Below are positions 22,565 to 34,061 of a DNA stretch of 64,000 nucleotides, one piece after another (the stretch's first letter is position 1; every line of letters begins with the position of its first letter). Position numbers and translations under genes: made by a program. Origin of the DNA: Mayamaea pseudoterrestris (taxonomy: Eukaryota); contig BROI01000002.1 in assembly GCA_027923505.1 (NCBI GenBank), positions 1,364,001 through 1,428,000 of the forward strand, in the 5' to 3' direction. The notes below the pieces were generated by a model, which worked only from the letters and a program-made list of their open reading frames with translations, was not told where the DNA came from and made no database searches.

Positions 22565-23461
22565 ATGCTATACAAGACGACCATATTCAAGTCTAGGAAA
22601 ATGATTCAATTGATAATATCATCATGGCGACTTCTAAGTCTGGCAGTACTATTGCTCAATAGCGCTTGTCCACTGACTAGCGCCTTTGTTGTTGCATCAT
22701 CTTCTTCGCAACATCATCAACAACCCTTCATCACTGCGCCTACTACTAAAACAACAACACTAAACATGTTCACCGGCATTGTCGAAGAAATGGGAACAGT
22801 AATAGATATAAAGCATGTTTCTGACATGCCGCTATGGGACGGATCGGTCGGATCCGGAACCGAACTAGTCGTGCAAGCCAAGACGGTGCTGCAGGATGCT
22901 TACTTGGGTTGCTCCATTTGCGTCTCGGGCGTTTGCTTGACCGTGACCGACTTTGACGAAACATCATTTAGAGTTGGACTAGCGCCCGAAACCTTGCGGC
23001 GAACCTACTTTGACGCTTTGCAACCTGGCGTCAAGGTGAACTTGGAGCGAGCCAGTGAGATTGGTGGACGCAACTCGGGACACTTTGTGCAAGGTCACGT
23101 GGATGGCACTGGCACAATCATTGACAAGTGGAAGGATGAAGATAGTTTGTTCGTCAAGGTCAAGGTGTCGCCTGACCTCATCAAGTACATTGTTCCAAAG
23201 GGTTTCATTGCCATTGATGGAACGAGTCTGACAGTCGTTGACGTGAACCTGGAGGAAGGCTGGTTTACGTTCATGCTTGTCGCATATACGCAGCAACACA
23301 TCATTATTCCGTCCAAAAACGTGGGAGAGCGACTGAACCTAGAGGTGGATGTGCTCGGAAAGTACTCGGAGAGCGCCTTGTCCGCGCTACTTCCACGACT
23401 AGAAGCGCTCGAGGCCAAGGTTGAGTCGCTGGAGAAACAGCTTGCGACTCGTCAAGATTAG
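22565..23461 (+). CDS. ribE: Riboflavin synthase (alpha chain), plastid-targeted; start may be 22601
   Basis: 'MFTGIVEEMG', 'VNLERA..GHFVQGHVDG', 'KGFIAIDGTSLTV', 'NLEVDVLGKY'; presequence TSA-F. Confidence 0.95.
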   Translation: MLYKTTIFKSRKMIQLIISSWRLLSLAVLLLNSACPLTSAFVVASSSSQHHQQPFITAPTTKTTTLNMFTGIVEEMGTVIDIKHVSDMPLWDGSVGSGTELVVQAKTVLQDAYLGCSICVSGVCLTVTDFDETSFRVGLAPETLRRTYFDALQPGVKVNLERASEIGGRNSGHFVQGHVDGTGTIIDKWKDEDSLFVKVKVSPDLIKYIVPKGFIAIDGTSLTVVDVNLEEGWFTFMLVAYTQQHIIIPSKNVGERLNLEVDVLGKYSESALSALLPRLEALEAKVESLEKQLATRQD

Positions 23462-23843
23462 AACGAGCAGCCGTGAGGCGAGGTGATAACAGCCTACCAT
23501 AGCTAGATTTACATACAATGTTTACTGCGTCCATACAGAGCAATAAATTTCTGGCAGGGTCATGTCCAGTCGACAGCGACTGGGCGGAGTCATGGTCCGT
23601 CAATACTTACAAGCTAGAATCATAGAATAACCAGTCTGCTCCAATTGACTGGTTGGGACCGTTTCTTTGGAGACTGCAGTGCAACAAAAGCTCTCCCAGC
23701 TGTCGTGATAAAGTCAGTCGTAACGGTACTGATACGACATCGACCGCGGCCATCATCCGCGTCCATCACATCGCCACCTCCTTGACCAAGCACTTTGGAA
23801 GTTCAGCTGCACTCTAACCTGACAATCACTAAAGCATCACAGC

Positions 23844-24272
23844 ATGCCTCCAAAACTGTGGCTACCACCCGGAACTAATGTAGCAAAAACGGCGTCGACA
23901 GTGGCGGCAAAAGTGACGAGGAAACCGCCGACGACGTCCACTGCTAATGCAACAACCAAACATTCGCAACATCTTCCTCCTCGCGTCACACATTCCGAAG
24001 CCCTCTCCTTGTATCGCGAAATACTCCGCACCGCAAAACACTTTCACTGGAAGGATCAAGTCACTGGCAAGCCATACAATCAAATGCTCAAAAACCAAGC
24101 CCGAAGAGAATTTTGCGAGGCGCGAAACGAAGCAGACCCCCTTATCATTGCGCGTCTCTTGGTGACGGGCCGGGACTGCGTGCAGCAAGTGCAAAACAAG
24201 TTTAATGCGGCAACGCAAGCGGCTTGGAAGAGGATTGAAACGGATAATGTAGACTCGAATAGAAGGAGGTGA
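23844..24272 (+). CDS. LYR-motif (Complex1_LYR) mitochondrial protein
   Basis: 'ALSLYREILRTAKHF..ARREF'. Confidence 0.85.
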   Translation: MPPKLWLPPGTNVAKTASTVAAKVTRKPPTTSTANATTKHSQHLPPRVTHSEALSLYREILRTAKHFHWKDQVTGKPYNQMLKNQARREFCEARNEADPLIIARLLVTGRDCVQQVQNKFNAATQAAWKRIETDNVDSNRRR

Positions 24273-24785
24273 ATGAATGGATGGATGGATTGGAGTGGAT
24301 GGATGTGACGCGACAATTACTACCGGTAGTCACCCATGGCACTTACGGATCTACCTACTGGTACATGTACTGGCTTGGCTTACGATTTTTACCAAGCGAG
24401 AATGCTTGCTAGTAATTCGCCAGTCCGTTACGGCAGCACGCCAGATGAATGACCGCGAGCAGAAGGGTAGCCATGTTGCGTTGCTTCTTCTAGTTCAGAA
24501 CGCAGAAAAGGCGGTCGCGATTTCGGCACATGACGCATGAGTTTTCGTCTACATCAAGCTCCATGGTTATCTCGCTACGTAATCGATCTATATGTGACGC
24601 TAAAGAAAGCTTGTTCATCCGTTTTCTCGCCTTGAAAAAAGGTGCGGAAGCACTATTGATACCGACTTTGATTGCACGACGATATTATTTGTTGTGGTAG
24701 GATACATCCGAACATGCTTCACGACATTAATAGTCGCTGCCGCTGCGATGTATTGCACCGAGCGACCGGGGTCTGACCTGACTGC

Positions 24786-26342
24786 GTGGCACTTCTATAT
24801 GCAGTACCGGAATGGTGGCAAGCTTGGTACATCAGAATTCCATTTGGTATGTGAGTCACTGGGCTTTGCGCATGGATCACTTCACGGCACACTTGATGAC
24901 AAGCCGCTGGGTTGAGTGTCTGGAGACAAAGTGGGAGCCACAGAGGGTGACAAGCTTGGTGCTGCACATTCCATTTGGTTCTTCACGGCACACTTGATGA
25001 CAAGCCGCTGAGTTGAGTGTCTGGAGACAAAGTGGGAGCCACAGAGGGTGACAAGCTTGGTGCTGCACTGGGAATTCCATTTGGTTGGCTGGGCTTGCTG
25101 ATACTTCCGGCCACTGCCCTTAGTGTCTGGAGACAAAGTGGGAGCCACAGAGGGTGACAAGCTTGGTGCTGCACTGGGAATTCCATTTGGTATGTGAGTC
25201 ACTGGGCTTTGCACTTGGATCACTTCACGGCACACTTGATGACAAGCCGCTGAGTTGAGTGTCTGGAGACAAAGTGGGAGCCACAGAGGGTGACAAGCTT
25301 GGTGCTGCACTGGGAAGAAGACTGGGTCCTGTGCTAGGTGACTCACATGGCTTGGCACTTGGGTCACTTGATGGCAAGCTGCTTGGGTGAATGCTGGGAC
25401 ACACATTGGGAGCCACAGAGGGTGATAAGCTTGGTGTGGCACTTCTATATGCAGTACCGGAATGGTGGCAAGCTTGGTACCGGTACATCAGAACTCCATT
25501 TGGTATGTGAGTCACTGGGCTTGGCGCTTGGATCACTTCACGGCACACTTGATGACAAGCCGCTGGGTTGAGTGTCTGGAGACAAAGTTGGAGCTACAGA
25601 GGGTGACAAGCTTGATGCTGCATTTAGAAAGGAGACTGGGTCCTGCACTAAGTGAGTCACACACTGGGCTTGGCACTTGGATCACTTGATGGCACATTAT
25701 TTGATGGCAAGCTGCTTGAAAAGTGCTGGGAGACACACTGGGAGCCACAGAGGGTGACAAGCTTGGTGCTGCACCTGGGAAGAAGACTGGGTCCTGTGCT
25801 AGGTGACTCACATGGCTTGGCACTTGGGTCACTTGATGGCAAGCTGCTTGGGTGAATGCTGGGACACACACTGGGAGCCACAGAGGGTGACAAGCTTGGT
25901 GCTGCACTGGGAAGAAGACTGGGTCCTGCGCTAGGTGACTCACATGGCTTCGCGCTTGGGTCACTTGATGGACACACTTGATGGCAAGCTGCTTTGATGA
26001 GTGTCTGGAGACAAAGTCGGAGCTATGGAGGGTGACAAGCTTGGTGCTGCACTGGGAGGAAGCCTGGGTCTAGTGGTAGGTGAAGCACTGGGCTACGTAG
26101 GTGCTTGGGTCACTTGATGGCACACTATATGGCACACTTGAAGGCAAGCTGCTTGGGTGAGTGCTGGGAGACACACTCGGAGCCATGGAGGGAGATAAGC
26201 TTGGTGCTGCACTGGGATCTGGGCTTGGCGCATGGATTACTTGATGGATTACTCGATAGCACACCTGATGGCAAGCAACATGGTTGACTGTGAGTGCTGG
26301 GAGACAGGCCGGGAGCCTCAGAGGATGACAAGCTTGGTGACA
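24786..26342 (-). pseudogene. Degenerate tandem repeat encoding PSxxPS (PSAAPSLSPSVAP...) peptides, multiply frameshifted remnant of a cell-surface protein gene
   Basis: Many copies of GGGAGCCACAGAGGGTGACAAGCTTGGTGCTGCAC; PS-rich translation hops between frames; no intact long ORF. Confidence 0.75.
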
Positions 26343-27312
26343 AGAAGTTGTCCTATACTTGATGCAATATGAAGGTGGCCACAACTTAAGAGGCATGCCC
26401 CTTGAGCTAGTGTTTCTTGTGCTTACAAGGCTGCTTGTTTGTGCTTATTCACAATAATGCTTAAACAGCCTGCATGTCCATGCCCAGTGAATGTGTAGCA
26501 CTGACCATGCTGTGCCTGGAGGCTCGTGTGGGTCGGTTCGTGCGCAAGTAGCGCTAAGACACAGATTTGCCACGACCGTTATAAAGCGTTACACGTCTGG
26601 AATAAACGGAAAGCCGCACGAGTGATTTCTACAGCGTGAGTACTGAAAACGTGTTCCGCGCGCCGGCAATTTCGATTTGCCACAGGGGGAAGGGACCGTT
26701 CTGACTCTGGATGAGTCAGACCGAATATGACGTCATGCCATTGGCGCATGCAATGACCCTCATAATGACCGTGCTAGCTAACCCGAACACATTGCTTGTT
26801 TGGAGTATGCTCTTATAGTGCCATTGATTACCACTCAACATCTGCAATCTCTAACCTCTCCTTTTGTTCAATATAGACAAGAGCAAGAGGCGTTGGCATC
26901 AACCCATCAAATAGTTGCTTTGAGGGCCAGTGTCAATTTACGGTGTCTACTGTTACGCTGTATTTGTGCGCGCGGAGCGCGCAAAAGTCTTTGTAAAGCC
27001 ATTGATCCTACCACCTCCCCGCCCCGCGAATGTGTTTCATTTTATTTTAGCAAGTCTTTGGAACGGTAGCATAGTCTGTGCTGTATTCGTGCCGTGGACA
27101 GCTGCGAGTTGCAAGCAAAAGAAGCATCCTTAGCAAGCGTGTCGCACCGGCGATGTGAACGACACGACTCGACGCGCGTCCGTTTCTCGGACAACTCGTG
27201 CCATGTGCCATCAACTTAACAGCCCCACAATCCATCGCACCTCTTCAACATGGACCATTGGACGCATGGTCTCTGCAAAGAAATGCTAAAGTAATAGCTT
27301 ACTGTAGCTATC

Positions 27313-29738
27313 ATGAAGGAGCAAGGCAAGTCGCCGAGCAAGTTGCTCATGAATGCCAACACACTGCGTCGCACGCTTCGCACCGTCCACTGCCTCCAAC
27401 GAGAACGAGGTCCTTCCTGCGCACCATCTGAGAATCACGATTTCCTCATCAAATCTCGCCTGGACACCGACCATGCTATAAGCGACTGCCACGATTTGCG
27501 TCTCGGTGACGCTCCCATTCGTTTGGTGTTGGAACGAATTCGAGGAATGATTGACGAGAATCGCATTTCGCGGCATCGCACCTTGAGCTGCTTCACGACG
27601 CTGATATCGGCAGTCTTGCACGAGCACATTTTGAGTTTCACTTCCAAAGCCATTGCGGCTGCGGCGCAGGATGAAACGCCAGTGCCAAAGACGAGTCATA
27701 TGAATCGCATCAAGTCGCATCAGAATTTTACAAGCATTGGGTCGGATGACATGGGCAGTCGTCAACGCATTGGCCGACGACCACGGTCGCAGTCCATTGG
27801 CCCAGTTTCGGATTTTGCCATGGAAATGGCGTTGGAGAATGTGCAGTACGCGCCAATTGATTCGTTTCAGCGAGTCAAGGAGATCATGCATGACAACGCG
27901 GCGGCGCAAGCGCCCATCGAATCTTACGAACGACTCGTCGACCTCAACGACCATGCTCCAGGAGTACCAATTCACGCGGCGTCACACGACGACGTGAGCC
28001 TATCACGACTATCTAGTCTTTCGCAACTACTGAGTGTATTTGTCTGCATCAAGGAAAGCACCGGCAAGGAGCGCGCATCACTCTACTCCATGCTGGCGTC
28101 GGACCATGACGACGCCGTCGTTGTGGATGCCGACTTTTTGCTGGGCGACGTGGTCATGGAGATTGAGAATCAGCGGCGACAGCTGGAGCAGTTGCAGCAT
28201 ATTCGAAACCATCCGCTGCAAAACTTGGTGCAGGAACTGGTGATAATGTCTAAAGACATGCAGCAGGTGCAGGATTTGCTGTCGAGTGGCTGCCTGCTGG
28301 AGAGTATCAAGGAGTATTACTCGGCGACGCAACTGTGGGATCTTTTGACTGTGTACATGGACAAACTACATAGCTTGGAACTATTGATTGTTGAAGAAAT
28401 GGAACTGGCACTTCCTATACCAATAGCGAGCGCTTCTTGTCAGGATGTCGCTCTGGAAGCGACCATTCTCTCGGAGGCCTTTGGCTTTGCGTCCTCCGCC
28501 GAGCTGGAGAATGCGATTGAGAACATGTCGCCGGATGAAGTCAAAACACGGCTACTGCGTGCATTAAAGGTTCAAACGCAGTCCATTGCTATTGTCGAGG
28601 AGAAAAGGGAAGACGAAGTGGCGAGCAAGGGTATGGATGAGCTCATGAACGATCTTTACGGCAATATTCCAGCAATGAAAGAGTGGGAAATTGGCGTCTA
28701 CGAACTAAAGTTTTTGAAACGAATTGGTCAGGGTGCCGCAGGAACGACGTACTTGGCCGACTGGTCGGGAGAAAATGTTGCTGTCAAGGTAGCTAGCATT
28801 ACAGAGTTTGGTCTCGATGGCTGGCGTACAGAAGTCCAGGCTCTGCAAAAGCTGCATCATCCGAACATTATTCGACTTCTTGGCTCTGTTTACCATCAAC
28901 ATCCACTGACGTTTTGTTTGGTTTTGGAGTATTGCGACGCCGGTGACCTTGCGTCGGCCATGGAAAAGACTGTGCCACCCAACTTTTTCTTTCATGTGGC
29001 GACAAGTATAACCAAAGGGCTGGTATATCTTCATCATCGCGGCGTGATACACCGGGATATCAAGCCTCATAACATATTGCTACACGGCGACTTGGCCTCG
29101 GGGCATTACCAAGTGAAGGTTACAGATTTTGGCGTTGCTGCTGACCTGCACAACTTGGACGACAGGTCACCCGAAACTGGGACCTATCGCTTCATGAGTC
29201 CGGTAAGTAAAGAGAGGAATTGTTTTGCTGATTGTCGGAAAAGTCTCTCAGCTTTGTTAACCTTTGGTTACGTTCGCTGCGACAGGAGGTCATTCGCCAC
29301 GAGCCTTACACTGAAACATCGGACGTCTATTCCTTTGGTATAATCATGTGGCAGCTTTTGACCCGCGAAGAGCCTTTTGCAAATCTGGGTCAGATTGAGG
29401 CTGCCGCTGTGGTTGCCATGGAGTTTGCCCGACCCATATTTCCAACCGATACTCCTCCGCTTGTCAAGAACCTGATTGAACGTTGCTGGGTTGAAGACCC
29501 CGCTAATCGGCCGTCCTTTTCTGAAATTTTGTTGGAGCTAAACTCACTCAAGTTTGACCTTTCCGAAGAGGAGCAAAAATGGTTGGACGCCCCGCTTGGT
29601 CACTCCGTCTACAAACCAAGGATGAAACAATCGAACCAAGAGTTAGCGGCACCTCCAGCAGCCAATGTCGACCTCAACCTGGACATCAAGAAGAAGAAAA
29701 AGTTTGGACTTTTTGCAAGAAAGTCAAGTCATTTTTGA
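27313..29738 (+). CDS. TKL-group (Raf/MLK-like) protein kinase; intron 29203..29285
   Basis: IGQGAAG, VAVK, HRDIKPHN, DFG, GTYRFMSP|EV, SDVYSFG, CW..DP..RPSF. Confidence 0.93.
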
Positions 29739-29810
29739 GCTACCGGTACACATCTACAAATGTACTTGTCGTTAGCAGCCAGTAGCTAACATTTTCGATA
29801 AGCTTTTGAA

Positions 29811-30320
29811 TTAATATATTTTAGCAGAACACTCGCATCCTTCAATGCCCACCTTGGCCGTCAAGTAGTCTGAAACATAGTTGGAAACATCCCAAGCATT
29901 CACAAATGCATCATCGTATGACTTTCTCCAGTTGCCTTCCAAATTTTGGGCGACTTGCATCATGATTGACATTAAATCGTCCTCATTTTCGTTGCGGCAC
30001 TGTACGTAGGTCTCTGCACAGGATTGTCCAATGCGCACATGACACTCCTGAATCATCCATTCCGCATCAAGCCATCGTTGCACGGAACCGCCCAAGTCGG
30101 AACCCATTTTCTCGTGGTTGTCGTGAAGCGATTCGAGACTCAGAGAGGCAATGGCGTAAAGTGGAGGCTGTGTAATTCTTTTATTCTTGCTCCATGCTTT
30201 CATGTTAAGCAAGCTTGATGCTCCACTAATGGATCTATTAGCTGTCCATGCATGTCCATGTTTAGCGAAAGACAAGCTTAGAGCAATTTTAACTAAAGCT
30301 TGGGCCATGGAAAGCGCCAT
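29811..30320 (-). CDS. Uncharacterised, probably plastid-targeted protein (copy 1)
   Basis: Signal peptide ending GHA-W plus transit-like stretch; 'RWLDAEW..H..IG..AFVNAWDVSN'. Confidence 0.75.
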   Translation of the reverse strand: MALSMAQALVKIALSLSFAKHGHAWTANRSISGASSLLNMKAWSKNKRITQPPLYAIASLSLESLHDNHEKMGSDLGGSVQRWLDAEWMIQECHVRIGQSCAETYVQCRNENEDDLMSIMMQVAQNLEGNWRKSYDDAFVNAWDVSNYVSDYLTAKVGIEGCECSAKIY

Positions 30321-30595
30321 GGTGACGAAGGGTTTGCGAGCGAGAGACAAAAAAATAATGAAAACGGACGTCGCATTGCGAGTCGCGTTCCGATGAAATC
30401 GAAGTCGCATCCAATCGTGTCAATATTTTTGGCGAGCAAGGCGGCCGACGTCCAAGGTACATAGGTATGGTACAAACATAATTTTAAAAACATAATCTCG
30501 CACCCAGCGTCTTGGCCAACTGGGTTTATTTATTTCTACGGTAGACACCTTCGAATCAACACAGTCTCTACATTAGCAAATTGGCAAGCTGCAGC

Positions 30596-31267
30596 ATGAG
30601 CGAAGACCCCTCAACTCCCAAGAGGAAGCGGGAGACTGGTCCTGAGGAAGTGTGGAACGTAGACATTGACGATTTGACTGCAGATGCAGTTTCTAGTTTG
30701 TACTCAGCTGCAATTCCTCCCCGCGAAGTTACACCATCACCACCCCGTAGGAAGAAAGCTTTTCACATTGGTGAATACATTGAAAGCTCTCCTGGGTCGA
30801 AAGCCACGTGCCATGGATGTAGTGTTACAATATGTGAGGGAGAACTTCGAGTTAAGACAAAAGAAGATTTCATGCCATCAAGTTCTTTTCCCAGATTCTA
30901 CCACGTGACATGCTTTGAGGCATCCCGGTTGACATTCACTTCTACTTTAGGACGGTCGTTTAAGGAAGAAGTAAAGTTTCAGACAGAGAATCAGATTTCT
31001 GACAAATTTGCCCTCCGAACGCGTCAGGATTTAAGATTGCGCTTGATAGAAGTAAGATCCTTGCTTGCAAGTCAGGATAATTTGGATTATGAGTATAAAG
31101 TCTTTGATGATTCAACTTTGAGGCAGCTGGTGCTACGCATGCCAACAAGTAAGGAGCAGCTACTTTGTGTCTATGGCATCAAGGAGTTTAAATGCCAGCG
31201 TTATGGTGAGCCAATTTTGCAAGTGATTCGCCAATATTTAAATGTCCCGCACATACCGTCATCTTGA
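30596..31267 (+). CDS. PARP-type zinc finger + HRDC domain protein (paralogue 1)
   Basis: 'KATCHGC..I..GELRV..FYHVTCF' (CxxC..HxxC); 'YKVFDDSTLRQLVLRMPTSKEQLLCVYGIKEFKCQRYGEPILQVI' HRDC. Confidence 0.82.
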   Translation: MSEDPSTPKRKRETGPEEVWNVDIDDLTADAVSSLYSAAIPPREVTPSPPRRKKAFHIGEYIESSPGSKATCHGCSVTICEGELRVKTKEDFMPSSSFPRFYHVTCFEASRLTFTSTLGRSFKEEVKFQTENQISDKFALRTRQDLRLRLIEVRSLLASQDNLDYEYKVFDDSTLRQLVLRMPTSKEQLLCVYGIKEFKCQRYGEPILQVIRQYLNVPHIPSS

Positions 31268-31624
31268 AAAGTCGCGGCATGAGCTTTTCACGATGGCACT
31301 TTTAACCAACGACTGCTTATTCATTGTTCACATATATGTAAATGAGTACGTTCATGCATTGAAATGGTTGCCGATGTCTGGTGTGGGTCCCGTAGAGAGC
31401 TTTGAATGTCTACGTACGAGGTCCGGCTAGCAATAAATTCACACGCGATAGCCCGTGTTAATTAGCGTTCTCGCGGTGGATCACGCGATAAATTTCACGC
31501 GCGCACGTCATTTTTTGTCGACCATGGCGCATCAATGCCGTCGCTCCACTAGTATTCTTGTACAATACCTTGACTACTTTACATAAATTGCAGTCTCATC
31601 CTTGTAGCAGTTACTGCCATTGAT

Positions 31625-32193
31625 CATGGAGACGCAGGTCCCGCAGACAAGGAAGGACTTAGCCTTGATGGCCGAAGCAAAGAGAGGAATTGTTTTGCTG
31701 ATTGCAAAGTCTCCGCTTTGTTACCGGTTACGTACGCACTGCGACAGGAACGACTAGCCACAGCATTACACAAACATCGGACGTCTAATCCTTTGGTATA
31801 ATCATGTGGCAGCTTGACCCGCGAAGAGCGCTTGGCAAATTGGTTGAGCGGCGACCGCGACGTTGCAATGGAGTTGCTGCCTGCTCGTCCCATAATTTCA
31901 ACCTTACACCACCGTTTAAAGAAACAGATTGCAAACGTTGCTGGGTTGAAGACCCCGCTAATCGGCCGTCCTTTTCTGAAATTTTGTTGGAGCTAAACTC
32001 ACTCAAGTTTGACCTTTCCGAAGAGGAGCAAAAATGGTTGGACGCCCCGCTTGGTCACTCCGTCTACAAACCAAGGATGAAACAATCGAACCAAGAGTTA
32101 GCGGCACCTCCAGCAGCCAATGTCGACCTCAACCTGGACATCAAGAAGAAGAAAAAGTTTGGACTTTTTGCAAGAAAGTCAAGTCATTTTTGA
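31625..32193 (+). pseudogene. Duplicated 3' fragment of the TKL kinase gene; 5' part indel-riddled, 3' part identical
   Basis: 31934-32193 matches 29479-29738; ~31625-31933 is a heavily gapped copy of ~29150-29478 including the intron. Confidence 0.8.
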
Positions 32194-32556
32194 GCTACCG
32201 GTACACATCTACAAATGTACTTGTCGTTAGCAGCCAGTAGCTAACATTTTCGATAAGCTTTTGAATTAATATATTTTAGCAGAACACTCGCATCCTTCAA
32301 TGCCCACCTTGGCCGTCAAGTAGTCTGAAACATAGTTGGAAACATCCCAAGCATTCACAAATGCATCATCGTATGACTTTCTCCAGTTGCCTTCCAAATT
32401 TTGGGCGACTTGCATCATGATTGACATTAAATCGTCCTCATTTTCGTTGCGGCACTGTACGTAGGTCTCTGCACAGGATTGTCCAATGCGCACATGACAC
32501 TCCTGAATCATCCATTCCGCATCAAGCCATCGTTGCACGGAACCGCCCAAGTCGGA
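31934..32556. repeat. Direct repeat identical to 29479..30101 (offset 2455)
   Basis: Read by eye as identical; first mismatch at 30102/32557. Confidence 0.9.
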
Positions 32557-32775
32557 GCCCATTTGCTCGTGATCGTCTTGCAGCGATTCCAGACTCAGGG
32601 AGGCAATGGCGTAAAGTGGAGGCTGTGTAATTCTTCTATTCTTGTTCATTGCTTTCAAGTTTAGCAAGCTTGATGCTCCACTAATAGATCTACTAGTTGT
32701 CCATGCATGTCCATGTAGAACGAAAGACAAGCTCAGAGCGATGATCACCAAAACTTGGGCCATGGATAACGCCAT
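32266..32775 (-). CDS. Uncharacterised plastid-like protein (copy 2 of 29811..30320)
   Basis: C-terminal half identical to copy 1; N-terminal half substituted but collinear. Confidence 0.72.
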   Translation of the reverse strand: MALSMAQVLVIIALSLSFVLHGHAWTTSRSISGASSLLNLKAMNKNRRITQPPLYAIASLSLESLQDDHEQMGSDLGGSVQRWLDAEWMIQECHVRIGQSCAETYVQCRNENEDDLMSIMMQVAQNLEGNWRKSYDDAFVNAWDVSNYVSDYLTAKVGIEGCECSAKIY

Positions 32776-32987
32776 GGTGACGAGAAGTGTTTGTGAGCGG
32801 ACCTTGGAAACGGACGTCGCATTGCGAGTCGCGTTCCGACGAGCGCACGCGCCTCGCGGCGAGAAGCGCTGAGACACTCGCGCGATGAGACGAGAGCCAT
32901 GCAGCAAGCGAGAACTTAGCACATTATTTTCATACAAAGAACATAAAACAGAAGCTAATCATCTATATACAAAGAGCGAGCCTTGTT

Positions 32988-33787
32988 ATGAATAGAAACC
33001 TTGTAATTCCAAAGAAGGAGCGAGAGACGAATGACGACGTTGCCAGGATGATGATCACTCCACTTCACCACAGCGCCTCTCCGTCGTCGCCAACGACTCC
33101 TTCCGCTCGAGACAGACGCTATACTCCGTCTGGTGACAAGGCGGAACTGTCTCCAAATTCGTGGGCGAGCTGCCAAGTTTGTCGCAGCAAGATTGATAAG
33201 GGAGCTGCGCGGATTGGAAAGGATATCTTCTACGAGCCCATCAAGGCCTACATCTTCAAGTACTACCACAAACACTGCTTTGAAGCAGCCAATCTCACGC
33301 TGCAAACTGCATCGGGTCGGTCGTTTGACGATGAAATTGCACATGCCAACAAGATGCGCGTGCAACATGACGTTATTGTGCGTGAGCGAGACGAGTTGAG
33401 GGAACGTTTGCGCCAGTTGCGCTTATTGTTTGCCCGCGCGTTGCAACAATCGGCGTTTGTCGTGTTTGACGACAAGGTGTTGCGTCAGCTGGTGCTAACT
33501 ATGCCAGTAACCAAGGAGGAGCTGCTCCAAGTACATGGTTTCAAGGAGAAGAAGTATCGAAGCTTTGGCGAGCCAATTTTGCAAGTGATTCGACAGTATC
33601 GTCGAGTCATGGTCTACGGCAGCAAACCCGAAAATTGAGTGGCTCGGGTTCTGGAAGATCCATGAAAGCAAGTGGACCAACTCATGAAGACGATGTCATT
33701 GTCGAGCAGATTCTTTCGTGTGAGGAGATTGTCGATCGCAAGTTCAAACATGCGGCGAAGAACAACTATATGATTACACTAGACTAA
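32988..33787 (+). CDS. PARP-type zinc finger + HRDC protein (paralogue 2); ORF stops at 33638 but the conserved tail continues in another frame to 33787
   Basis: 'WASCQVC..I.KGAARIG..YYHKHCF'; 'FVVFDDKVLRQLVLTMPVTKEELLQVHGFKEKKYRSFGEPILQVI'; out-of-frame 'EDDVIVEQILSCEEIVDRKFKHAAKNNYMITLD*'. Confidence 0.82.
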
Positions 33788-34061
33788 GTTTTGTACTGCT
33801 TTAGCTCTCAAATAGGTATCGACTTGCTCTGTACGGATGTAGACCACCTACCGGTGTTGCGAAGCCTCGGTGCGGCCCATTGCTTAAACCCGGATGTGAC
33901 GACGTAGAAACGGCGCGCGGTTGCCGCGCCGACGCGCCCTGCGACAACTTTCTTGATGCTTGCATTTCTGCAGTTCTGTAGAAGCGACAGTCACACAATC
34001 AAGTCTTTCTACCGGTAGTTTGTCTTGCTTACAAAAAGACCATGTGCTAACAATAAATACC

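Noticed and set aside
24786..26342. CRISPR array or intact mucin-like gene
   Set aside because: Intervening segments are themselves repeated and codon-periodic; frameshifts break every frame
31804..32193. Second functional kinase gene
   Set aside because: Only the last subdomain and tail are present; the upstream sequence is garbled
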